The notes below the pieces were generated by a model. It had not been told where the DNA came from. It made no database searches and worked only from the letters and a program-made list of their open reading frames with translations. Positions 44,220 through 56,040 of a DNA stretch of 64,000 nt are shown piece after piece. This DNA comes from an uncultured delta proteobacterium (GTDB lineage Bacteria; Myxococcota; Myxococcia; Myxococcales; Myxococcaceae): the NCBI GenBank assembly GCA_963771175.1, contig CAVYSY010000028.1, positions 80,042 through 144,041 of the forward strand, given 5' to 3'. Every line of letters begins with the position of its first letter. Within the stretch, counting starts at the first letter, position 1. The position numbers and the translations under genes were made by a program.

Positions 44220-45200
44220 ATGGGAAGTACGAGGCATCCATGGACGCCCCTCGGGGCCCCCCTGGCGTTCCTGCTGGGGACGCTGCTCACGGGCTCCTCC
44301 GTGCGCGCCCAGGACGCGGGCACTCCGGACACCGTCCCTGTCACGCAGGATGCGGGCACCGCCGACAGCTCCGCAGTTGCCGCGGACCCGGGCGCCCAGG
44401 AGCCGGCCCAGGTCCAGGCTCCGGTCCCCGAAATCACGAACTGCGGTGACAAACAGGTCGGCACCGGCGAGGGCATGCTCCGGCCGCTCGGGCAGGGGTT
44501 CTACGCCGATGGCACCCGCGTGCGGCGCGGCTGCACCCTCATCCTCCAGCGCCCGGTGAAGAACCGCCCGCCGGTGCCCTTCGTCCCGGACTCCTTCCGG
44601 CCGCTCGGGTGCGGTTTCTTCCGCTACGCCACCAGCATCTACTGGGACCGGCCGCTCTCCGCCGAGGACTCCGCGAAAGAGCCCAACGGGCAGCCCGCGG
44701 ACGTGCTCACGCGCCTGGACCTCGCCGACGCGCAGACCTTCGAGGTGGATGCGGACTGCCGGCCCCGGGACGCGCGCTTCTTCTACCTCAACCACACCCG
44801 CCGCCCCGAGCTCCCCGCCTTCGTCGCCGTCCCGCGCGGTGATGGGCAGGGCTACGAGGAGCTCGGCTGCGGCTTCGTCCGCTACGAGGGCCGCGTCTTC
44901 TTCGGGGCCCGCGTCGTCGAGGGGGTACATGCGCCCTCCTTCACCACCGTGATGGGCCGCCTGCCCTACCTGGAGTGCGGCACGGCCATGTACGGGAAGG
45001 ACCGTGCCAAGGTGTGGTGGCAGCACCTGATGGTGCGCGGCGCGAAGGTGAAGACGTTCCGCATCCCCCAGGCCGACAACCCCGACTTCCGCGTGGCCTG
45101 CAACGGCCGCCGCTCGTTCCAGCAGGGCGTCGTGGAGAAGAAGCCGAACGCGCTCTGCCGGCCCGCGAAGAAGGCGGTCAAGGCCAAGAAGCGGAAGTAG
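44220..45200 (+). CDS. Exported hypothetical protein (DKNYY-like repeats)
   Basis: Signal peptide; ADAQTFEV, LGCGF repeats, YGKDRAKVWW. Confidence 0.55.
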   Translation: MGSTRHPWTPLGAPLAFLLGTLLTGSSVRAQDAGTPDTVPVTQDAGTADSSAVAADPGAQEPAQVQAPVPEITNCGDKQVGTGEGMLRPLGQGFYADGTRVRRGCTLILQRPVKNRPPVPFVPDSFRPLGCGFFRYATSIYWDRPLSAEDSAKEPNGQPADVLTRLDLADAQTFEVDADCRPRDARFFYLNHTRRPELPAFVAVPRGDGQGYEELGCGFVRYEGRVFFGARVVEGVHAPSFTTVMGRLPYLECGTAMYGKDRAKVWWQHLMVRGAKVKTFRIPQADNPDFRVACNGRRSFQQGVVEKKPNALCRPAKKAVKAKKRK

Positions 45201-45298
45201 GCGGGCCCGGGCTGCACGACGGGAGGGTGCTCTCCAGTCCATCGCCTCTCCCTCGAAGGTGGCTGCGCGAAGGGAGGGGGTGTCGGGCGCGCGGCGCG

Positions 45299-45327
45299 AA
45301 AACCTGTCCGACTGTCGGACAGGTTTT
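45299..45327. repeat. REP-like palindrome
   Basis: AAAACCTGTCCGAC-T-GTCGGACAGGTTTT between convergent genes. Confidence 0.8.
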
Positions 45328-45357
45328 TCAAAAGTGCGCCCGGAGGGGGCTCCTCCC

Positions 45358-45771
45358 CTAGTTGTTGTTGGGGAGCGTGAGCTGCACGTACTCGGTGATG
45401 ACGTGGCACTTGTCCGGCGTCTCGGTCACGGTGACCTGCTGCTGCACGGTGCGCTGACCATCGGCGCTCGTGGCCGTGATGACGAACATGCCTGGTTGCT
45501 CGCGCCCCATGAACCACCGCTCGCAGCCTTCGGCTCCATTCGAGGGGCTGAAGCACTCGGCCTGCTGCACGGGGCCTCCGTCCCGGGTGTAGGTGACGCG
45601 GGAGTCCCGCAGCAGGTTGCCCTGCGTATCCACCACCGTTACCCCCACCGAGGCGCGCAGCTCCAGGGTGCAGTAGGAGCCGATCTCTACTCTCTCTTCG
45701 CTCTCAGGCTGACCACAGGCGGGGAGCACGACGGAGACGGCGAGCAGCAGGGCGGCACGGCGGAAGCGCAT
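45358..45771 (-). CDS. Small lipoprotein (carboxypeptidase regulatory-like beta domain)
   Basis: MRFRRAALLLAVSVVLPAC lipobox; four further Cys. Confidence 0.7.
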   Translation of the reverse strand: MRFRRAALLLAVSVVLPACGQPESEERVEIGSYCTLELRASVGVTVVDTQGNLLRDSRVTYTRDGGPVQQAECFSPSNGAEGCERWFMGREQPGMFVITATSADGQRTVQQQVTVTETPDKCHVITEYVQLTLPNNN

Positions 45772-45985
45772 GGGCAGTCCTCGGGTGGTGCGGGAGCGCC
45801 CCTGTATCTTATGAGATGCCACGCCCTCCGCGCGCCGCCTCGCTCTCCTGGAGCGCTGATGCGGGGGACGCCTCGTCTGATGGCTGACGCTTGCCGGCTC
45901 GCCCGGGAGCCCGCCCGGATGCTCCTCCGTCGAGCGCTGGACGCGGGCGCACGTTTCCTCTGGCTGGGGCCTCTTCGCCCTTAAG

Positions 45986-47590
45986 ATGCGCGCCCTCATG
46001 CGCTCCCGCTCCCTTTTGCTCTCCGTGCTCGCGCTCTCCGCCCTCGGTGGTTGCGCGACCGCTCGCGGCCCCGTCATGGCCGAGTCCGAGTCCGCCTCCC
46101 GCCCCCAGCCCTCCTCGGAGGGCTCCGTCAGCAGCGCGGCTTCCACTCCCGCCGCCCCCGTGGCTCCTGCCGAGCCCGTCGCTCCCGTCGCTCCCGTTGC
46201 TCCGGCTGCCGCTGCCGCTGCCGCACCGGCCGAGCCCGCGGCTCCGGCCGAGCCCGCCGCTCCCGCCGCGAAGGCCGAGGACCCTCAGGCGGCGGATGCG
46301 CTCTACGCCCGGGGCGTCGAGGCCCTCAAGGTGAAGGACGCCAACGCCGCCATCGCCTCCTTCTCCGAGTGCACCCGCGCCGCTCCCTCCCGCATCGACT
46401 GCCACTGGGAGCTCGGCTGGGCGTACTCGCTCGTCAACCGCTGGTCCGATGCCCTCACCGAGTGGTCCACGGTGCAGACGCTCGATCCCAACCACCCGGA
46501 CCTCGAGGACGCCCTCACCCAGGCCCGCGGTCAGTCCGCCCTCCAGCGGAAGCTCGCCACCGCCGACTCGAAGCCCACTCCCCGCTCCGCTCCTCCCAAG
46601 AGCGCCCGCGTGCGCATCCGCGCCGTGGGTGACGTGATGCTCGGCTCCTCCTTCCCCGAGGGCCTCCTTCCCCCGGATGATGGGGTCTCCAGCCTCGCTA
46701 CCGTCGCCCCCCTGCTGCGCGACGCGGACCTCACCTTCGTCAACCTCGAGGGCCCCCTCTGCGACAACGGCGAGACCAAGAAGTGCCGCAAGGGTGGCAA
46801 CTGCTACGCCTTCCGCTCGCCCACCCATTACGGCAACTACCTGAAGGACGCCGGCGTGGACCTCGCCTCCACCGCCAACAACCACTCCGGTGACTTCGGC
46901 GAGCTGTGCCGCCGCGAGACCGAGGCCACCCTCGACAAGCTCGGCATCGCCTGGAGCGGCCCTCCGGGCTCCGTCGCCACCGTCGAGCGCAATGGCCTGC
47001 GCATCGGCATGGTCGCCTTCCACACCTCGGCCGCCTGCAACTACCTCAACGACACCGCCAGCGCCGCCGCGCTCGTGCGCTCGGCGAAGCAGAACCACGA
47101 CCTCGTCCTCGTCTCCTTCCACGGCGGCGCCGAGGGCTCCAAGGCCCTCAACATCCCCCAGGGCTCCGAGCTGTTCTTCGGCGAGAACCGCGGCAACCTG
47201 CGCGTCTTCACCCACGCCGTCATCGACGCGGGTGCCGACCTGGTGCTCGGCCACGGCCCCCACGTCGTGCGCGCCATGGAGTTCTACAAGGACCGCCTCA
47301 TCGTCTACTCCATGGGCAACTTCGCCACCTACGGCACCTTCAACCTCAAGGGCCCGCAGGGGCTCGGTCTGGTGGTGGACGTGGAGCTCGACTCGCAGGG
47401 CCGCTTCCGCTCCGGCCGCATCCTCCCCACCCGCCAGGAGGGCCGTGGCATCCCCCAGCCGGACTCCTCCGGTGCGGTGATTCCGCTCGTGAGCCGCCTC
47501 ACCAGCGAGGACTTCCCCGAGACGGGCGCGCAGATTGGCGCCGACGGCACCCTCTCGCCGCGCAAGCCCATCGCCACCGACGCCGAGTAG
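45986..47590 (+). CDS. CapA (PGA_cap) metallophosphoesterase lipoprotein with TPR
   Basis: Lipobox LGGC; AVGDVM, NLEGP, ANNHSGDFG, FHGGAE, GHGPHV, YSMGNF. Confidence 0.9.
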   Translation: MRALMRSRSLLLSVLALSALGGCATARGPVMAESESASRPQPSSEGSVSSAASTPAAPVAPAEPVAPVAPVAPAAAAAAAPAEPAAPAEPAAPAAKAEDPQAADALYARGVEALKVKDANAAIASFSECTRAAPSRIDCHWELGWAYSLVNRWSDALTEWSTVQTLDPNHPDLEDALTQARGQSALQRKLATADSKPTPRSAPPKSARVRIRAVGDVMLGSSFPEGLLPPDDGVSSLATVAPLLRDADLTFVNLEGPLCDNGETKKCRKGGNCYAFRSPTHYGNYLKDAGVDLASTANNHSGDFGELCRRETEATLDKLGIAWSGPPGSVATVERNGLRIGMVAFHTSAACNYLNDTASAAALVRSAKQNHDLVLVSFHGGAEGSKALNIPQGSELFFGENRGNLRVFTHAVIDAGADLVLGHGPHVVRAMEFYKDRLIVYSMGNFATYGTFNLKGPQGLGLVVDVELDSQGRFRSGRILPTRQEGRGIPQPDSSGAVIPLVSRLTSEDFPETGAQIGADGTLSPRKPIATDAE

Positions 47591-47827
47591 TCCTTCTCCC
47601 CTGCACGTCTGGCTCTCCCCGAGCGCCCGTGGGCCCATGCCCCGGGCGCTCGTCATTTTCCGGGAGATGTCAGGCGTCACGCTCGCGGGCCGTCTTCCTG
47701 AGACGCGCCGTGTGGGATTGGCTTGCTTTGCATGCAAAGGACTTCGTCGGCATTGAAGGCTTGCCGAGACGTGTGGGCAGGTGCCCACCGAGCGCGTGTC
47801 ACCGGGCTGCGTTACAAGGGATGCGCC

Positions 47828-49129
47828 GTGCCTGCCCTTCGACTGACTCGCTTTTCCTCGCTCCGTGCTTTCGGGCATCGAGACTTCGTCCACGTCTGGT
47901 CTGGCGCCCTCGTCTCCAACATCGGCACCTGGATGGAGACGCTCGCCCTCGGCGTCTTCGTCACCACGTTGACGGGCCGGGCCGAGGCCACGGGAGGCAT
48001 CGCCGCCCTCACCTTCCTGCCCGCGGTGGTGCTCTCTCCCGTGGGAGGGGCGCTCGCGGATCGCTTCGACCGGCGCGTGTACCTCGCCGTGGGCACGCTC
48101 GTGCAGGCGCTGCTGGCCGCCATCCTCACGGTGCTCGCCTTCACCGGCCGCCTCTCCGTGCCCGCCGTCGCCGTCATCTCCTTCCTCAACGGCTGCACCA
48201 GCGCCCTCTCCAACCCGGCCTTCTCCGCCCTCATCGCCGAAATCGTCCCCCCCGAGGAGCTGCACAGCGCCGTGAGCCTCAACTCGGCGCAGTTCAACCT
48301 GGGGCGCATCATCGGCCCGACGCTCGCGGCGGTGGTGCTCGCCGCTGGAGGCCCCGCCTGGGCGCTCCTCGTCAACACCCTGTCCTTCCTGGCGGTGCTC
48401 GTCGCCCTCTCGCGCGTGCGCTCCTCGGGTCGCTCCCGCTCGCACAAGCGCGAGGAGCTCTGGCCCGGCATCGTGCGCGGCGCGCGCCTGGCGAGGCACG
48501 ACGGCGGCATCTTCCTGGCCATGATGGGCACGCTGGCGGTGTCCGCGTTGGTGGCGCCCTTCATCGGCCTGGTGCCGGTGTTCGCCATCCGCGTCTTCCA
48601 CCAGGGCGCCGCCGCCACCTCGCTGCTCGTCGCGGCGCAGGGCGTGGGCGCGGTGACGGCCGCGGTGATGCTCGGTCCGCTCGTGGAGGGGTTCGGCCGC
48701 AGGCGGGTGCTGGAGGTGTGCCTGTTGCTCATCGGCCCCATGGCGGCGCTGTACTGGATGGCGCCCACCCTGCACGTGGCCGCGCTGGCCATCGTCGGCC
48801 TGGGCGCGCTCTACATGGCGACGCTCACCGGCCTCAACACCACCTGCCAGCTCCGCGCTCCCCAGGAGCTCCAGGCCCGCGTCACCAGCCTCTACAGCAT
48901 GATGCTCGGCGTGGGGTACGCGGGCGGCGTGTGGCTCCAGGGCGCGCTCGCCGATCGCGTGGGCGTGCGCTTCGTCACCGCCAGTTGCGCGCTGCTGATG
49001 CTCGCGCTCGTGCTCACCCAGCGCCTGCTGCGCCCGCGCGCCTTCGACGCCACCGAGGCCCCGCTCTCCTTCGCCACTGCTGGGGAGCCGAGCCCCTCGG
49101 TGAAGCTCGAGGGGCCCGGGGAGTTCTGA
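47828..49129 (+). CDS. MFS transporter (DUF894/MFS_3-like)
   Basis: VSNIGTWME, GGALADRFDRR, AVSLNSAQFNLGRIIGP. Confidence 0.9.
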   Translation: MPALRLTRFSSLRAFGHRDFVHVWSGALVSNIGTWMETLALGVFVTTLTGRAEATGGIAALTFLPAVVLSPVGGALADRFDRRVYLAVGTLVQALLAAILTVLAFTGRLSVPAVAVISFLNGCTSALSNPAFSALIAEIVPPEELHSAVSLNSAQFNLGRIIGPTLAAVVLAAGGPAWALLVNTLSFLAVLVALSRVRSSGRSRSHKREELWPGIVRGARLARHDGGIFLAMMGTLAVSALVAPFIGLVPVFAIRVFHQGAAATSLLVAAQGVGAVTAAVMLGPLVEGFGRRRVLEVCLLLIGPMAALYWMAPTLHVAALAIVGLGALYMATLTGLNTTCQLRAPQELQARVTSLYSMMLGVGYAGGVWLQGALADRVGVRFVTASCALLMLALVLTQRLLRPRAFDATEAPLSFATAGEPSPSVKLEGPGEF

Positions 49130-49194
49130 GCCATCCCCGCGCTCTCGACCCTCGGGGGGAGAACGCGGGGACGGAGACCTTCAGTGGAGCGGTG

Positions 49195-49668
49195 CTACTT
49201 CGACTCCACCGTGAGGACCATCCAGCGGTCCGTGGCGTAGTCGATCTTCACGTTGTTCGCGCCGGACTCCTGGAGCTGCTGCACCACGCGCTCCAGGAAC
49301 TGGAGCTGCTCCTGCGTCGCGTCCACGAACACGTTCTTGCTGCCCGGGCCCTTCGCCTTCGGCTTCTTCGCCGGCTGCGCGCTCGCGCCGTTCAGCTCGG
49401 ACGAGGCCACCGCCTTCAGCCTCGACGCGGCGTCCTCCACCGGCGTCTCGGTCTCGGTCGAGGTCTCCTCGGCCTTCTCCTCGGTGCTCTCCACGTCGTG
49501 CTGCGCCTTCTCGCGCAGCTCGTTGAACGTCTTGGCGTTCAGCGACGCACCGAACTTGTCCTTATACGCCTCCATCGCCTCGTTGCGGCTGAGGTCCGGC
49601 TGGTTGCGGAAGAGCTCGAGCAGGAACGTGTGGCGCTCCTGAGCCTGGTCGTTGGAAATCCTGGCCAT
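49195..49668 (-). CDS. Hypothetical cytoplasmic protein
   Basis: MARISNDQAQERH...; strongly GC3-biased frame. Confidence 0.65.
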   Translation of the reverse strand: MARISNDQAQERHTFLLELFRNQPDLSRNEAMEAYKDKFGASLNAKTFNELREKAQHDVESTEEKAEETSTETETPVEDAASRLKAVASSELNGASAQPAKKPKAKGPGSKNVFVDATQEQLQFLERVVQQLQESGANNVKIDYATDRWMVLTVESK

Positions 49669-49871
49669 GGTGGGGTTCCTCGGGTTGCTGCGTGCTGCGG
49701 GACTGCGGAACGCAGGGCGGCGCAAGGTACCCGAGCCCTTGGTGCAGAGGAAGTGGCCCCGCGCTCGCCCCTCCCGTGTGGCCGGGGTGCACCCGGAGTC
49801 GTGGCCACGCAACTTCGAACCACCTCGTGCGACAATTCCGTCAAACGTACTCCTTCAAAGGTTTCCCCCCC

Positions 49872-51670
<1,799 letters not shown>

Positions 51671-51696
51671 TCACCACGCCGTGAAGTCCTGAAGGG

Positions 51697-51734
51697 CCGA
51701 GGGCCGGTCTCCCGATGAGGGGGCCGGCCCTTGG
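51697..51734. terminator. GC-rich hairpin between convergent genes
   Basis: CCGAGGGCCGGTCTCC...GGGGGCCGGCCCTTGG followed by TGTTTC. Confidence 0.6.
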
Positions 51735-51743
51735 TGTTTCAGC

Positions 51744-52565
51744 TCAACGGCTGGGAGGGAACACCGCCGCCATCTGCCGGAGCTGGGCGAGCAGCCGCCC
51801 GTCCTGGCTCCACAGCTCGGCGAGGTCGTCCGCGTAGCCCCCGGCGGCGTGACGGGAGTGGCCGGTGCGCAGGTAGAAGGCGTCGGGCGCGGCCTCCAGC
51901 GGCAGCGGGGCGTAGAAGTGCGCCGTGTAGTCCATGGTGGCGCCGTTGCAGAAGCCCTCCACCCGAGCGAAGGCCGCCGGAGGGAAGGAATCGAGCATCC
52001 CCACCACCAGCGGCGCGTCGAGCGGCGTCGGGACGCGCGGGCGGATCCACCCGCCCACCCGGGCCTCGTCGGCGCCCGAGTAGGGCACGGCTCCCACGCA
52101 CCAGCGGTACTCGAACTGTGCGCCGAAGGTGGGCAGCACCTCGCTCGGGACGGGGGGCACGTCGTCCGGGGGCGGCACCTTCGGCGGGCGCGCGTCCACG
52201 TAGGTGAGGGACGTCTCGCGCGAGGTCGCGAAGGTGGCGCTCGCGAGGCATGCCAGTTGGCCTCCCTGCTCCAGCCGCGCGGACAGGTGGGACACCCCTC
52301 GCCCGGCGCGCTCGATGCGCACCGCGATGATGGCCTCGCCCGCGGTCACCGGAGCGCAGAAGTGGACGGTGAGCGAGCGAGGCGCTCGGGCCGGGTCGTT
52401 CAGCTCGCGAATCATCGAGCGCAGCAGCGCACCCCCGAGCATCCCGCCATAGGCGCCGCGCCCCTGGAACCACTCGGGGCGGATGTCACCCTGGTAGCGC
52501 CCCTCGCCGAGCGGGCTCCAGGTGGTGGCGGTGACGAAGGGGGAGTCAGGAGTGTTCGCGGACAT
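51744..52565 (-). CDS. Acyl-CoA thioesterase (TesB-like double hotdog)
   Basis: WFQGRGAYGG, PRSLTVHF, LDSFPP, LWSQDGRLLAQLRQ. Confidence 0.88.
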   Translation of the reverse strand: MSANTPDSPFVTATTWSPLGEGRYQGDIRPEWFQGRGAYGGMLGGALLRSMIRELNDPARAPRSLTVHFCAPVTAGEAIIAVRIERAGRGVSHLSARLEQGGQLACLASATFATSRETSLTYVDARPPKVPPPDDVPPVPSEVLPTFGAQFEYRWCVGAVPYSGADEARVGGWIRPRVPTPLDAPLVVGMLDSFPPAAFARVEGFCNGATMDYTAHFYAPLPLEAAPDAFYLRTGHSRHAAGGYADDLAELWSQDGRLLAQLRQMAAVFPPSR

Positions 52566-52755
52566 GGCGCCACCCTAACCAACGATCCGTGACAGGTCAT
52601 TCGGAGTGAGCCCGCACTCGGGGTCCGGGTGCGCACGGTGGGTGTCAGGAGGGCACGGCTGTGAGAGTTCCCGTTCAGGGGTAATGTTCACTCCGCGTAT
52701 GCAAGGAGAAAGCAGCGCATGGACGGGTAAGCAGGCGGCCGTCGATACTTCGTTC

Positions 52756-53325
52756 ATGTCACGGGTGCGCAGCTGTCTGGTGGTGGCACTGCTGATAGGG
52801 CTCACCGGTTCCGCTCATGGTGCGACACCCGTCCGGGAGACGGTGGCCGCGCAGGTGATGGGCGCCGACTCGTTGAGGTCACATACCCTCAGCCTGCTCG
52901 CGCGGGGACAGGTGACGGAGGCCATCGACTACTGGGTGCTGACCACTGGCAAAGATGCACCCACCTGGCTGTTGGCTTTCAGGACGGCGTTTGATGCATC
53001 CAAACAAGTAGCGGGAGCCTGTCAGGGGGTGGCGCAGTCCATCCACACGGCTTTCACCCGGCTGGGAGGGCGGCCGGAATTGGTCGAGCTGAGGACCAGG
53101 ACCCAGTCGCCGAAAAGCTTCTATATCATGTTCAAGACGCCGAGCGGCCGGGACATGAATCTCACGCGATGCTGGCTATCACGTCCTGGTACGGATGAAT
53201 GGTCGCGCATATGACGCATACACCGGAGCAGCGGGGATGCCCTGGCCGGAGTACTTGAGCAGGCTGGGCGCCCAATCGGCAACTCACCCAGAAGGTCGAT
53301 TGAAGCCGTGACGGAGGTCCCATGA
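52756..53325 (+). CDS. Secreted papain-fold (Tox-PL-2-like) toxin (frameshifts)
   Basis: Signal peptide ending AHG; GACQGVA...GYHVLV...AYDAYTGAAGMPWPEY gives a C-H-D triad; end approximate. Confidence 0.6.
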
Positions 53326-54076
53326 GCCAGCGCCCGTCTCGCACGTCGAGGTGAAGCCCGCTGTTCCCTCTGCTGGACGTACTGCTGCGCATTCGCCAGG
53401 ACATGCGGAGTCGCAAGGTGGGGCCATATCTCTACATTGGCAAGCCCGACGTGGAGCGGATGAAGTGCTTCGTCGGGGGCTATGGGGAATGTCTTCACTC
53501 CCTCGGGGTGGAGACCGGGAGCTGATGCGCTGTTCGGCGAGTGGCTTCGCGACATCAAGAAAGCCTGGCCGGGCCGGGGGTGGGGAAAGGCCTATCTGGA
53601 GGAATTTCACGGCGACCAGGATCGCGCCCTTCTCAAGTACCTGGACTTCGTCGCCGAGTTTCGAGCCCTTCCTCCTGAATCGTTGGCCTCCATCCCTTGG
53701 TACTTCAGTGGTGAGCACCCCGCCACCCGGGCGCCCTCCTGGACTCCTGTCCACCCACCCAAGCCCATGCTGGACATGCTGTTGGAGATCCGCCGGGAGA
53801 TTGGCGACGTGCCCGGCCGGATTCGGCATGTTCATCGGGGATGCCGACGTGAAGCGGATGGCGGGCTTCATCGATGGCTATCGGCTGTGCCTCGCCCTCG
53901 CGGGAGCCAGGGACGAGGAGTATGCCCGCTTCGAGCGCTGGCTCCAGGAGGAGAAGGCCCTCCCTCCGGGTCAGGAATGGACGTTGCCTCTCCTTCAGGC
54001 CTGCCAGGGAGACTCGGAGCAGGCCATCCGCCGGCTCCTCGAGTACGCAGCGGAGTTTCGAGGGAGGGGCGCTTAG
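53322..54076 (+). CDS. Probable immunity protein with an internal duplication (frameshifts)
   Basis: Two homologous halves: IGKPDVERMKCFVGGYGECL...FGEWL...AEFR and IGDADVKRMAGFIDGYRLCL...FERWL...AEFR. Confidence 0.6.
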
Positions 54077-54202
54077 CGGGCGGGCGGGCGGGCCAGGGCT
54101 CGTCCCTCCCCGGGAAGCTTGGAGCGCCTGGAATGAGCCCCACATTGAACCTCGGAGGGTCGCGCAATCCGCGCGTCCGCGTTCCACGAGGAGCCCGTCG
54201 CC

Positions 54203-54493
54203 ATGGCCGAGCATGAGAAGCGGAGGAAGTACGACCCCGTGCATCCCAAGGAGGACGAGGACCACAAGCCCCCCTTCGCCAAGGACCGGGTCGAGCGCGG
54301 GCTCGAGGCCGATGACACCCGGCCCCTCTACGCCGCCGCCTCCATCCACCCCACGCGCGAGCTGAAGTTCGCCCTCGACAGTGACGCGGAGGTGGGTGGC
54401 CACGTCCCGGACATCCGCAGCCCCATCGACGAGGCCGACGAGGAGGTGCGTCGGGCCCGCGGTGAGGAGGAGCTGGAGAAGGACCGGGACTGA
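54203..54493 (+). CDS. Small acidic hypothetical protein
   Basis: RBS GAGGAG, 96 aa charged ORF. Confidence 0.6.
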   Translation: MAEHEKRRKYDPVHPKEDEDHKPPFAKDRVERGLEADDTRPLYAAASIHPTRELKFALDSDAEVGGHVPDIRSPIDEADEEVRRARGEEELEKDRD

Positions 54494-54527
54494 AGAAGGC
54501 TTCGGACCCGGTCCCTCCCGGGTGGCG

Positions 54528-56040
54528 CTACCGCTTCGTCGCGGGCGGCGCCACCGGCTCGCGCGGCACCAGCTTGCCCAGCTTCAGCGGCTCCACCTGC
54601 TGCTGGATGGCCTCGGGGTCACCCACCAGCACCACCTGCATGGCGTCGGGGCCCAGGTAGGCCTCGGCCACGCGCTGCACCTCGGCCGGCGTCGCCTTCT
54701 CCAGCCCCGCCACCGTGCGCGCGAACTCGTCCATCGGCCGGCGCAGGAAGAAGAGCTGCGAGGCGCTCGCGCCCAGGCCCTCCACCGACTCGAAGGCACC
54801 CGGGAATGGCGCGGATGAGGCCCTCGCGCGCCGACTCCAGCTCCTTCTCGGTGATGGGGCGCTCGCGCAGGCCCTTCATCTCCCCGAGGAACTCGCCGAG
54901 CGCCGGGCCCGTCACGTCCTGGCGCACCGACGAATAGGCCGTCAGCGGACCCACGCCCAGCCGCGCGTCCGAGCTCGCTCCCGCCCCGTAGCTGTACCCC
55001 TTGTCCTCGCGCAGGTTCATGTTCAGCCGGCTGCCGAAGAAGCCGCCGAAGACCGTGGTGGCCAGCTCCAGCGCGTACTCGTCCGGGTGCCCCACGGCGA
55101 TGCCCGGCCGGCCCACGATCATCACCGTCTGGTTCAGCCCCGGCTTGGGCACGAGCACCACCTGCTGCGCGGGGCAGCGCGGCCGGAGCGGCCGGCACCG
55201 GAGGCAGCGCGGCGCTCCCCTTCCAGTCGCCGAAGTACTTCTTCGCCAGCCCCAGTGGCCTCGTCGAGCGAGATGTCCCCCGTCATCACCAGCGCGGCGC
55301 CGGGGGCCCACGTTCTTCGCCGTAGAAGGACTTCACGTCTGCGAGCGACATCGTCGCCACGGTGGCGGGCAGTCCGCTCACCGGGTGCCCGTAGGGGTGC
55401 TCCGTCGCCGAAGTCACCGCGTCCAGGTACGCCTGCGCGCGAGGAAGCCCGGGCTGCCCATGGAGCGCACCAGCTCGGCGAGCTGCAGCTTCTTGCGGCG
55501 CTCGAAGTCCTTCGGCGTGAAGTTGGGCTTGCGCACCACGTCGGCCAGCAGCGCCACCGCCGCGTCCTGGTTGCGGCTGAGCACCCGCGCGCCGATGAAG
55601 GCCCCGTCCGGGTTGACGTTCACCGAGGGCGAGACGCCCAGGTTCTGGAAGGCCTCGTCCAGCGCGAGCGTGTCCTTCCCGGCCGCGCCCTCCAGCATCG
55701 TCTTGTAGGTGATGTCCGCCAGGCCCCCCTTGCCCTTGGGGTCCTGCGAGCCTCCCGAGGCGAAGGCCACGCCCGTGAAGACGAGCGGCAACTCCTTGCG
55801 CGTGCTCACCAGCACGGTGAGCCCGTTGTCCAGCTTCGCCTGCTCGAACTTCGGCAGCACCAGCTCGGGGTCCTCGCCCGGCCTGGGCGGCTGCGAGCGG
55901 AAGGCCTCGGGGTCCTCCGCGGGAGGCGCGGGCGTCTCGGGAGCCGGAGGCGCGGGCGGAGTCTCGGGGACGGGCTCCGGGGTCGTCTTGCAGGCGACGA
56001 CGAGGGCCAGGACGGAAACGGCGACGAACAGGCGGCGCAT
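54528..56040 (-). CDS. M16 peptidase non-catalytic subunit, lipoprotein (frameshifts)
   Basis: Lipobox VVAC; LDNGLTV, GGFFGSRLNMNLREDKGYSYG; no HxxEH. Confidence 0.88.

Noticed and set aside
52604..54147. Possible direct repeat flanking the papain-toxin cassette (GAGTGAGCCCGCACTCG / GAATGAGCCCCACATTG)
   Set aside because: Too short and degenerate to distinguish from chance
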